DNA of 64,000 nt, taken from assembly GCA_043228905.1 (NCBI GenBank), contig JBHGNT010000022.1:4836001-4900000 (forward strand), in the 5' to 3' direction. The notes beneath the pieces were generated by a model. That model searched no databases. It was not told where the DNA came from and saw only the letters and a program-made list of their open reading frames with translations. Positions 23,428 through 34,475 of this stretch are shown here, in pieces (within the stretch, counting starts at the first letter, position 1; the number at the start of each line of letters is the position of its first letter). Made by a program: the position numbers and the translations under genes. The stretch comes from Azolla caroliniana. Its lineage: Eukaryota > Plantae > Polypodiophyta.

Positions 23428-24431
23428 GGGTTATACGCTCCTCGTAGATCGATTTTGGTAAAAAACTTGGCACCATTAACTCGCTCTAAAAGACTTGATA
23501 TAAGAGGAAGTGCATACCTATTCCGGATGGTGACCTTATTCAATCCGCGGTAATCAACGACGAGACGAAGTGAGCCATCTTTCTTCTTGACAAAGAAGAT
23601 GGGTGCACCGGCCGGAGATTTCGAATGACGGATGAACCCGCTTGCCAAGTTGTCCTCTATGTAGGCTCGAAGGACTTCTAACTCGGTGGGTGACAAGTTG
23701 TAAATTGGTCCCCATGGTGGCTCGGTTCCTGGTTGTAAATCGATGGGACAGTCATAGGGACGGTGATGAGGAAGGGTACCGGCTTTTACCTTGTCAAATA
23801 CATCGGCATAAGGATGATATTTTGCCGGAAGTTGTACTGAGGAGTCCTTCTTAATAGTGTTGGAAGGATGTACTGATATTGCAAATAGGAACATTGCCTC
23901 CTTGTGTCCTTCTTCGCGTAATTGGTGGAGTGAAATGGTCGAAACTCGGTGAGTAGATTCTTGGGGTGGTCGATATCGGACTTCTCTTGTTCTCCAATCT
24001 ATGGCTGGATTATGTAATTGAAACCAAGGTAATCCTAGGACAATGGGATGCTCTGGACTACTAATTATATTAAATGATATTACACACACAAAACTACCTA
24101 GGACAACTGGAATGGGTTCTGATTCTTCTACAATATTCCCGGAAGCAATGGGACGACCATCAATGACTACTACAGATGCGGGACAAGGAAGTTTTCTTAG
24201 GGATATCTGAGAAGCTTGGGCAAAATTTCGATCCATGAAATAGGAATTAGCTCCGGAATCTAAGAGTGCTAGGACGGGTACTGGGGGAGTACTTTTAGTA
24301 CTAACAATGACTTGGGCTAGGAACACATTGCTAACTTGCTTGGAAGGAATGGAACCACTAATGGGCTGTACAGATCTGGGGCTGCTGTCCAACCACATGG
24401 CTCCTATTTTGGCTGGACTCAATCGTTTAAC
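23428..24431 (-). pseudogene. pol: Pol (protease plus N-terminal RT) in the -1 frame to gag, 3'-truncated
   Basis: [47 protein letters not shown]. Confidence 0.88.
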
Positions 24432-25576
24432 TCTTCATCTAATTGACTAAGGATTTCAAATTTGTTTGAGATACTTGGGCTATTAGTACTATGAATACTA
24501 TCTGACACTCTATTAGTACTATTAAAACTATCAGACACTCTGAAGGGAAGAATTGACTCGGGTTTAGTACAGGCGACAATTTGATTTACCTGTCTTCTTG
24601 GCCTATGGGGACAATTGATGGCAATATGCCTTGGTCCACCGCAATAAAGGCATAATCGATTGGCACATCGTCGTTGCTTTTCTTCTTCCGATAACGGGCC
24701 GCGTCGACGCATGGTGTCAATCTCCATCGGTGTCAGAATATTGGCTTGAGGTACATCGCGTGCAAATGGTTTAGCCGTGACTGAGGCATATGTGGGTTCC
24801 GGCCGAGAGCGTGGTATTTGTAACTGACGCTCCGAACGTCGTTCGAAAAGGCGGTTGTCGCATCGGACCGCTCGACTGATTGCCTCCGTAAGAGACTTTG
24901 GTTCTTCGGGGAAGGTTAAAAGCAAGTCTTTGACATCGTTGCGCAAGCCGTAGCAAAACTGCTCCATGAGGGCCTGATCATCCCAGGGGATATCTGAGGC
25001 GAGTAGACGGAAATCTGCCGCGTAGGCAGAGGCTAGACGATCGCCTTGACGCAATCTTCGGATCTTGTTGATCGTTGTCCTGATGCTGTCGGTATCTCCA
25101 AAGCAGGCTTTAAAATCACCAATAAAATCTTCAAAGTGATTAAGCAAGGGCGATTGTTTTTCTAGAAGCGGAGCGAACCATGCCAAGGCTGAGCCGCTAA
25201 GTAGCGTGCCTATTAGGCCGACTCGAGATGCATCAGTGGGATATCGGGAAGGATGCATCTGGATGACTAAGCGTACCTGATTAAGGAATCCCCGGAATTG
25301 CGATCGCGTTCCATCAAATTTCACAGGAAGTCCAATCTTGGGCTCTTTATGAAATCCTTGGGGACTTGATCCTTGTTGTCGCAACACTGTTTCGAGTTGT
25401 TGTACCCGTAACGCTAACTCCCCATGTTGTTGTTGCGTTTGTTGTTTTTCGAGAGCGATTTGTTGCAGATCCCCTATCAACCGTTGGTTTTCTTGTTCCA
25501 GGGCAACAAATTTTTCTTTTAGGCACTGTAGTTCGGAGAAAACGGATTGGTATTCTTGGGCGCTAACAGTAGCCAT
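24419..25576 (-). CDS. gag: Intact Gag (coiled-coil, capsid, CCHC knuckle; PEG10/sushi-type), 385 aa
   Basis: Uninterrupted ORF with [36 protein letters not shown] and [14 protein letters not shown]. Confidence 0.9.
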   Translation of the reverse strand: MATVSAQEYQSVFSELQCLKEKFVALEQENQRLIGDLQQIALEKQQTQQQHGELALRVQQLETVLRQQGSSPQGFHKEPKIGLPVKFDGTRSQFRGFLNQVRLVIQMHPSRYPTDASRVGLIGTLLSGSALAWFAPLLEKQSPLLNHFEDFIGDFKACFGDTDSIRTTINKIRRLRQGDRLASAYAADFRLLASDIPWDDQALMEQFCYGLRNDVKDLLLTFPEEPKSLTEAISRAVRCDNRLFERRSERQLQIPRSRPEPTYASVTAKPFARDVPQANILTPMEIDTMRRRGPLSEEEKQRRCANRLCLYCGGPRHIAINCPHRPRRQVNQIVACTKPESILPFRVSDSFNSTNRVSDSIHSTNSPSISNKFEILSQLDEELND

Positions 25577-25638
25577 AGTATAGGGAAAAGGGTAGGAAGA
25601 TGAGGGAGAGTGACAAGTAGGCTGGAGGAGAAGGGAAA

Positions 25639-25650
25639 AAATTGGTTCAA
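25639..25650 (-). promoter_or_regulatory. Non-tRNA primer-binding site, complementary to the LTR R-region start (self-priming type)
   Basis: Sense TTGAACCAATTT lies 2 nt after the 5' LTR. Its exact complement AAATTGGTTCAA is at 25854-25843, 33 nt downstream of TATAAAA. Confidence 0.75.
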
Positions 25651-25994
25651 ACTGTCAGGAATAGTACTAAAACAGAGATGGAATTAGTACTAAAGAAGAG
25701 CAGTACTATTAGTACTAAGAGGACGGGACTGCGTAAGACTCTCGAGAGAGGAAGTGAGAAGAGGAGAGAGAAAAATGATCACAGCAGCTAATATATTATG
25801 TGAAAGATAAGTACAAAGCGGCTAAGAGGCTTAAGACTGGTGTTGAACCAATTTGGTTCAACATAATGCCTAGTGCCTTCTTTTATAGTGTTGTCAGGAG
25901 TAATCCTGAAACTTCTGGAATGTTCCAGAGAAATCTAGAATATACATTACTTTATAATAATACATAAATGAAAATAATATCCTATGAATTACAA

Positions 25995-26058
25995 TAGATG
26001 GTGTGATGGTTAAGAGTTCGACTCATATACCATAAGGTCATGGGTTCGAGTCTTGCCA
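25995..26058 (+). ncRNA. tRNA-derived module, antisense at the U3 start of the Tcn1-like LTR
   Basis: A-box TGGTGTGATGG at 25999, B-box GGTTCGAGTCT at 26043. Homologs at 19906-19959, 23384-23431, 42150-42206 (-), 46935-46988 (-) and a B-box at 50938. Confidence 0.65.
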
Positions 26059-29000
26059 TATCATGTCCAGACCAAGAGGCTTGGTGAAAATATCGGCGTG
26101 CTACCGATTCGTCGGAACATACTGAAGTTCGACTTCACCGGAGAGAACACACTCACGGACGAAATGGTAGTGCACCTCAATGTGCTTGGTCCGTGCGTGG
26201 AAAACAGGGTTCTTTGCGAGCTGGATGTTGTTGAGGTTGTCGCAGTAGATGGTCGTCGGATCAGACACCTCCTCTTGCAGGTCCTTAAGTAGCCGCTTCA
26301 ACCACATGGCTTCGTATGTAGCGACAGCCGCTCCTCGATGCTCAACAGTGCAACTGTCGGCTACTTCTTGCTACTCCACACGATCGCGGTACTACCAAGA
26401 GAGAACGCATATCCGGACATGGATCAACGATCGGTAGCGTTGCCAGCCCAATCAACATCGGTGTAGCCGACCAATTGCGAGGTTGTACCGGTCCAATATA
26501 GCTGTCCCCGGTCCTTAGTGCCGCTTACGTACCGCAGTACACGTTGCACACACTGAAGGTGCTCCTCGGTAGGTGGCGCCATAAACTGATTGATCACCCC
26601 GACTGGATAACTGAGATCGGGTCGGGTGATTGTCAAGTAGATAAGGCTTCCAACAATTTGTTGGAACCTCGTGGGGTCGCATACCTCTCCGGAATTGGGG
26701 CGAAGCTTGACGGTTCTATCCAGAGGAGTCGAGACGGACTTACCGTCTGCCATCCTGAATTTGAAGAGGATATTCAGCACGTAATGACATTGGCTTATCA
26801 GTATGCCTTCGGCGGTGTGGATCACTTCGATCCCAAGGAAGTAATGAAGATCCCCCAGATCCTTCTCTTTGTGCGTAAGCAGTCTCCTCGGCTTCCTGCG
26901 CGGAGAATGCACGGCCGAGTCTCCACTACTCGCCGACTCTTCATCAGACTGGTCGAACCGTCTTAGTCGTTCATTCGGTCCACTTAACCAAAACGAAATC
27001 GGACTCTCTTCGCGGGTCCCGATTTCAGGCTCATCCGGAGGCATCTCAGCCTCGCGAACCTCATCATCAGAATTCAGATTGGAGGTGAGGTCCGGAGTCG
27101 GAGGCAAGTACCAGGACGCGGACTCGTCAAACACAACGTCGCGGCTCACACGCGCTTGTTTGGTGCGTGGGTTATAACATTTATAACCCTTCTTCTTGTC
27201 CGAACAGCCGACCAAGATACACTTCTCGGCTTTCGCGTCCAACTTCCTCCTTTTCTCCTTCGACACATGCACATACGCAATGCTACCGAAAACTTGTAAG
27301 TGTCGCAAGTTCGGCTTCGTTCCGAAATATAGCTCATGCGCCGAAACTTTTTCTTTGATCCGATTCTGGATGTATACCACGGTTCGTACCGCCTCGGCCC
27401 AGTAGAACTTGGGCAAGCGCTTCTCCTCCAACATTGCTTGTGCAACATCCACAATTGACTGATTTTTCCTCTCGGCCACGCCTTTTGCTCCGGCATGTAT
27501 CTACAACTGAATTCGCGCCGAATTCCCATCTGTTGTAGGTAACCGTTGAATTGACCGGAAAAGTATTCTTTTCCCCCATCCGACTGTAGGCATTTGATCT
27601 TTCTTCCTGTTTCCGTTTCCACGAACCCTTTGAGGTCCCGGAAATAGTCAAAGACTTCGCTCTTCCTCTCAATGAGGTAGATCGACGTGTGCCGCGTGTA
27701 GTCGTCGATGAAGGAGACGAAATATCGGCTCCCGCCAAGACTAATGTTTTGTGACCGCCCCGACACATTGGAGTGTATCAAGTTGAGCTTGTTCCGGCCC
27801 GGTTACGCTCGTTGGGGAAAGGAAGTCGGTGTTGCTTCGCAAGCTGGCAGGCTTCACAAATTTGTGCCTTTCGGCCACTAAATTTGGGCAATCCGAACAC
27901 CACCTGTTTCGATTGCAGGTCTTGAAGCCGCTGGTAGCTGACATGGCCTATCCGCTTGTGCCATAAGTCAATGTCCGACTTGACTTTTTGTCCCTTCGCG
28001 AACATTGCGGTGCCACCGTCACTAGAGTCAAGGATAAACATCCTCCCATCTCTGCGCCCTTGCGCGATAACACGGCCTTCTTCCTCAATGAAGTACCCGA
28101 GATGTGTAAATCGGACTTGCATCCCCTGGTCGACGATCTGCCCGACCGACACCAGGTTCTTTGTTATTGTCGAGACGTGCAACACATTCATGAGTTTCCC
28201 TTTCTGCCCAACATGGCTCAGGGAAACTTCTCTGACATTCGCGATCGGATGCAGCGTGTCGTCTCTAGTTGCGACTACTCCCGGTTGCATCGGTTTTTCC
28301 AGGTATGAGAACCACTCCTTGTGGCACGTCATGTAGTTTGATGCTCCGGAGTCGACGTACCACACCTCGTTTGATTTTGGGGTGGTTTGCTTCATTGAGT
28401 TTGCTTCGTGTCTCGTCACGAAGATTGACCTTTTTCCGGCATTTCCAGATCCTACGGCGTAGTGTGATCGTTGCCGATTTCCTTTGTTGGTCTGTCCGGA
28501 ACTTGTTCCGGACCCAGTTCTCTCCGAATCGGCGCACTTTTTCCAACACTCGCTCTCCCTGTGGCCTTTCTTGCCACAGTACCAGCATTCCGCGGCGGAT
28601 TTCCCTTGCCGGTTCTCGTCCCCTCGACTCCCCCTGTTTCCGGAGGGTCCAGAATTGATCCCGTCGGCGGCCGCCTCCATTGCGTACCGACTCGCCTCGT
28701 CCTCCACGTCCACGGGGCCTATCTCCCTCTGTGTACAACATCTTTCTGTCGGTGTGCGTGCTCGTTGACGCACCCGCGTGGTTCTCCTCTACCAGGAGGA
28801 TCGAATGTAAGTCGAAAAAGGACGGCGTATTCTCCTGGGTACACACAGCAGTTTGGAACGCCCCGAACTTCGACGCCAAACCCCCGAGACAGACCTGGAC
28901 CATCGCTTTCATCGATGCTCACATCGATGGAAGCTAAGGAGTCGCATATGTCCTTAATCCTCGAGGTATAGTTAGCCACCGACAAATCGCGTTGTCGGAG

Positions 29001-31358
29001 CTGAAGCTTCCTGGCTGTTTCAGATTTTCCCACACACCCTTCGGCGTTTTTGCATCCCGAATGTAGCTTAATAGTTGTTCGCCCACACAAGACGTGAAAC
29101 AGTACAACACTCTTCTCGCCGATTGTTCCGACACCAGGAAGTCTGTGTGTCGAATCAGGTGCTGTGTCAATTGCTCCATCGACATAGCTCCAGTAACCGT
29201 GTCCGAGCAGGTACTGGTGCATCTTGTAAGACCACGATGCATAGTTGTTTCTGTCGAGCTTCTCCGTCGGAAGCTAGCTAGCCATTCCTCTGTCCATCGG
29301 TTTCCTTGTTCTTCTTCGTTGGTTTTTCCTTCAAGCAAAGTCGACTGCAGAGGTTCTCAACCCTCGCGCTCTGATACCATGAAAAGAATTGCGTGCGGAA
29401 GCAATATAGGAAACAGAACAACAGAAAACGCATGTTTAATGGAAAGCTTAGGTTTGCACAGTACACACAGGAGAGACAGAGAGAGAGTAAAACACTAGAG
29501 CTTAATTCAAAAATAATACTCGATTTGTACATACATCGCGCTCAGTGAGCACCTTTTATACAAGCCCTGACAATGGGTTCACACAAGTATTGACAGTACT
29601 TGACTGCTCATAAGCATCGACACTCACTCCCAAAATTATTCCTTTACGAGGAATATCTCTCTAACGGCCTTTCGGTTTACGCACCGATACGACCTTCCTA
29701 CGCATCGGTCTGCGTACCGGTTTACGCATCTGTTTTACGCACAGGTCCGGCCTAACCGATCGGTCCCAACCAATCCGGTCCTCAGCTTGCTTAGCTGATC
29801 CGGCCGATGTTGAGCTTGTCTCTCAACATGTATCTCGTAGTTGATTTTGACGACGTCAAATTTGCGCGAATGGAAAGCCAAGGGATGTAGCTTCTCATTG
29901 TCACGGTTCAAATTGTCAGGATTTGTGCCTAACGTCTCTCTCTCTTGTGTTCTTGTTCATCTTCCTTCTTGATTCTATTTCTAGTTGCCATCAATCTTCT
30001 TCATTGTATCTATTAACGATCTCCTCACTGAAGAGTGTTGAGATTGTTCCGCACCTAGACGGCCGTGTTCTCAACATCTGGTACCAGAGCTTGGTGTTTT
30101 TAGATTATGTTGTTGCCGTCTTCTTTGTCTCCATCAGCAACTCTTCCCTAGTACACCTTGAAGATGTCAATTGAGAACTCTCTACAAGATTGTTTTTGCA
30201 AAGAGAAGCACCGACAAAATCTGCACTCTATTGTTCTAAATCAGCATTGAAGTGAGTCAATTGGATGCACTTCATTCCTGTGATTGTGGCCGCTCGGACT
30301 GAGATTTCGCTTCACAAGCTTTGCCTCAATCGTGCTACATCAGATTAAATGACAATAGAATAGGTCAATCAACACAATTTACTCGCTCGTCGTAATCTTT
30401 CATAGTAGTCTAGGCTTTAGGAACAACCCCCTATCGTGCTTCATTCGCCTAGAAAACATTCGGAAAGGTTAGTTGAATCTATTCCTCCCATTCTCGTAGT
30501 CACGTGAACTAGGATCACCCTGGATAATAGGCATATACTCTGTGTTTGTAAATATCAAAAATTGACATTGAAAATTGAATCTGTAAACTTGGGTCCAATT
30601 CTACTAAGTCGATTGACTTTAGTCACTCCGGACAGAATTCGCCAAATAGTCGAAACCGATTCGACTTGTGTGAGCCAATGGGCTGCACTCCAGCACTGTT
30701 GGTGGTCGACTCCGGAAAAATTCTATCAAGCCGACACAGATGGCATCAATATCCGGCTCATTAGACATGAGTCTGAGGATCGAAATTCAACTTCAGGAAG
30801 GAGCAGATGCAAGACTACTTGATAGTAAAGGGGCAAAATGACCCCATCAAAAACGAAAATGCTCCAAAAGGATACAAGTTGCTAGAATTGGAGAAGCTCG
30901 ACCGAATTGTCTAAGCTGATGAGAACTCAACGCTCTTTATACGCACCGCTCGGCCACAACTAAGCTTAGAATCATACACAGAAAACGGGAAATGAAAGCA
31001 CGACACAAAGAGGAGAAGAGTACACAGGATGTTTACGTGGAAAATCCAAAGAGGGAAAAACCACGGCAGCCACAACTGCAAACTATCACTATGCTAGAAT
31101 GTACAACAGTGAGTTCACGGAGGCAACGACCTCGTGCTCACGATCCTCGCCACAGGCGGCGGTTACAACAGAGGCAACGACCTCTTGCTCTCTCTCTCTC
31201 TCTGTACACTGTTACGCGTTCTAATCTCACGCAGACAAGAAAATGATAACAACCGTAACTAAAAGTTTGCCCTAAGTCATATTTATACTAATATGACTTT
31301 TCGGCTATTTACTAATATAGCCTCGATGGACTCTCAGAAACATATTTGCGAATATGTC

Positions 31359-31641
31359 TCTTCATCCGGTTCTCACCGGGTCTGCACCAACCGGCTCTCC
31401 GTAGCCGGATACTCTTCATCCGGTTCTCACCGGGTTTGCACAATTCGGCTCTCCGTAGCTGGGTACTCCTCATCCGGTCCTCACCGGGTCTGCACCATCC
31501 GACTCTCCGTAGCCGGGTACTCCTCATCCGGTCCTCACCGGGTCTGCACCATCCGGCTCTCCGTAGCCGGGTACTCCTCATACGGTTCTCACCGGGTCTG
31601 CACCATCCGGCTCTCCGTAGCCGGGTACTCCTCATCCGGTT
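31359..31641. repeat. 54-bp tandem repeat x5 in the B2 3' LTR U3
   Basis: Unit TCTTCATCCGGTTCTCACCGGGTCTGCACCATCCGGCTCTCCGTAGCCGGGTAC. Confidence 0.95.
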
Positions 31642-34475
31642 CCGGAGGATGAGTTTGTTCATCAGCACTCTTCTCCTCCCTTCCCATCCGGAGGGACCTG
31701 TCTCCCAACAAACTTCCCCTTCACTCCGGCATGGGGTGTCTTACTAGTCCGATCCTCTTCCGGCATGCATCCAACTTGTCGGGTATTAGCACTTTGGTCA
31801 GCATATCTGACCCGTTCTCGGCCGTGTGGATCTTCGTCAGTGCGAACTCCTGGTCATCTACTCTTTCCCAGATCTAGTGATATCTTCGCTGGATATGCTT
31901 CGTCTGGGAATGGTAGGCCGCATTTTTAGCAAGATGGATGGCACTTCGACTGTCACAATAGAGTCGGGATTCATCTTGACGGATACCGAGCTCTCCGATG
32001 AAGTCCTTCATCCATAGTATTTCCTTGCCGTCTTCCACAGCTGCCATGTACTCCGTCTCCGTGGTTGACAATGCAACCGTCTTCTGCAGCCTCGACTGCC
32101 ACGAAACATCTCCCCCTGCATATGTCATTACATACCCGGATGTAGAACGGTTGGTATCCACATCAGCCGACATGTCCGAATCGGTGAAACCGTCAAGTTG
32201 AGGTTTTCCGGAGCCGAATTGGAGACACCTATTTGAACTGCCCTTCAAATACCGGAGTATCCATTTGACCGCGTTCCAGTGCTCCTTGCCGGGATTGCTC
32301 ATAAACCGGCTCACCACTCCGACTGCGTATCCAATGTCCGGTCGGGTACAAACCATTGCGTACATCAAGCTCCTGACGGCAGAGGCATATGGAATCTTCA
32401 TCATATCCGCCTTCTCTACTTTCGTCTTCGGGCTTTGCTTACCGGATAGCTTGCCGTTTGCCGGAAGTGTCGATCCGACCGGTTTCGCATCTGACATGTT
32501 GAACCGGTGAAGCACCTTTGTCACGTACTTCTCCTATGACCGCCATAATTGCTTCGCTGACCGGTCCCGAATGATGTGCATCCCCAACATCTGTCTTGCC
32601 GGACCCAAGTCTTTCATTGAGAAGGTCCGGTTGAGAGCCTTCTTCAGCATCCGTATTTTTACTTGGTCTCGTCCGACGATCAACATGTCGTCCACGTACA
32701 AAAGGAGTATTAGAACGTCGCCTCCTTCAAACTTCTTCACAAACACGCAGTGATCGGCCTGCGTCTTGTGGTACCCTTGATCGGTCATGAAGGAGTCGAA
32801 CTTCCGGTACCATTGCCGGGGGGCCTGCTTTAACCCGTAGAGGCTCTTCTTCAACCGGCAAACCAGGTGCTCCTTCCCTTTCTCCACGAATCCTTCCGGT
32901 TGCTGCATGTAGATCTCTTCTTCGAGGTCACCGTGAAGGAATGTCGTCTTCACGTCTAGTTGCTCTCCCTCGAGGTCCATGCTTGCCGCTATACTCAGCA
33001 CCGTCCGGATGGAGGTCATCTTTACTACCGGGGCAAATATCTCGTCGAAGTCCACACCCTTCTTATGCTAGAACCCCTTCACCACGATCCTGGCTTTGTA
33101 TCTCAGGGGGTTGTCGGCATCTCCCGGTTTCAACTTGTACACCCACTTGTTTCAGAGTGCCCGCTTTCCTTTTGGCAACTCCACCAATTCGTACGTATGG
33201 TTCTCATGCAGGGAATCCATCTCATCCTACATGGCACTTAACCATTTCCGGCTGTGGGTGTCTTCCTTCGCTTCTTCGAAGCTTTCCGGCTCCCCCTCAT
33301 CGGTCAACAGAACATGATCTGCATCCGGAAATCTCCGGGGGGCCCTTCTCTCTTTGAGAGGATATCTCCGTCTCTAGTCTTCGGTGACCGGCTCATCCAT
33401 CTGCTCTTCATCCGAATCCGATTTGGGGTCCTGGCCGGTTCCAGTTTCAGCTTCCTCTACTTCTTCTTCAGCTTGTTCGGTATCCTCACCATAACCGGCT
33501 GGTCCCTCGAGTGCTAACCGGTCTCTTGCCGGTTGGGTCTACTCATCGTAGAGTCGATCCTTACCGGTCGACTCGGAGTTCATTATCTTCTTCTCCGACT
33601 CCCAGTCGGTGAGCGTCTTGTTCTCCATGAAGATAATATCTCGACTTTGGAATACCTTCTTGTCGACTAGGTCCCACATTCGGTAGCCGAACTCATCGTC
33701 ACCGTAACCGAGGAATATGCATGGCCGGGTCTTTGGATCTAACTTTCCTCTCCGGTCCTTAGCTAAATGCACGTACGCGAGACACCCGAACACCTTCAGA
33801 TGCCGGTAGGATACTTCCTTACTGGTCCACACTCTCTGTGGCATGTCTCCGTCCAAGGGTACTGAGGGTGATCTATTTATCACATATGTCGCCATCGACA
33901 GTGCCTCAGCCCAAAACTTCTTGAGTAGTTTTGCATGCGCTAGCATACTCCGGACCCTCTCCATTATGGTCCGGTTCATCCTCTCGGCCAGTCCATTTAG
34001 TTCCGGCGTCTTCGGCACGGTAAATTCGAGCCGGATTCCCTTCGAGCGGCAGTACTCCTCGAACTGCCCCCGGTACTCTCCTCTGTTATCTGCTCGAACC
34101 GCCTTCAACTTCCGGCCGGTTTCTCTTTCCACTCTCGCATGGAGCTCTTTGAAGACGGATAACACCTGATCCTTCGTCTTCAACGGTGTGGCCCACAGGC
34201 TTCCGGCTGTGGTCATCTATGAACGTCATGAAGTACTGCGCTCCGGCATGTGACTTCGTGTCTACTTGACACACATCCGTATGCACCAACTCCAGTGGTG
34301 CATTACGTCTCATCGGTGGCCTTGGTCGGAAGGAGGTCCGGTTCTACTTACCGGCCAGACAATCAGTGCACTTCTCTAAGTGCACGTTCTTCACTGGAAT
34401 GAGGTTGTCGTCTACAAGCCTCTTCATCCCCTTCTCGCTCATATGACACAACCTCTTGTGCCACAGCTCACCGGC

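Larger units (their letters stand above)
23018..26064 (-). mobile_element. Tcn1-like chromovirus G2 inserted in A2 RNase H; LTRs 25653-26064 (5') and 23018-23431 (3', fused to RT by deletion)
   Basis: Near-identical LTR pair. Intact gag. Protease ALLDSGAN and RT start, truncated at KIDLRGAYN. Confidence 0.9.
22004..29828 (-). mobile_element. Ty1/copia A2 with RT core deleted; LTRs 29380-29828 (5') and 22004-22456 (3')
   Basis: Exact TSD TGTAT. PBS TGGTATCAGAGC at 29368-29379. PPT at 22457-22468. Zinc knuckle CWYCGKKGHRESEC, protease WYVDSGAS, integrase, RNase H. Confidence 0.93.

Noticed and set aside
24483-24542. 30-bp duplication in the gag tail ([20 protein letters not shown])
   Set aside because: Simple in-frame slippage in a low-complexity region. 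G3 has one copy.
24419-25576. Domesticated PEG10/Arc-like host gene
   Set aside because: Lies between near-identical LTRs with pol following. Intactness is explained by young age.
31359-31641. 54-bp array as a CRISPR array or repeat protein (SSSGSHRVCTIRLSVAGY)n
   Set aside because: Head-to-tail units without unique spacers, inside LTRs, with no cas genes. The ORFs arise because the unit is a stop-free multiple of 3.
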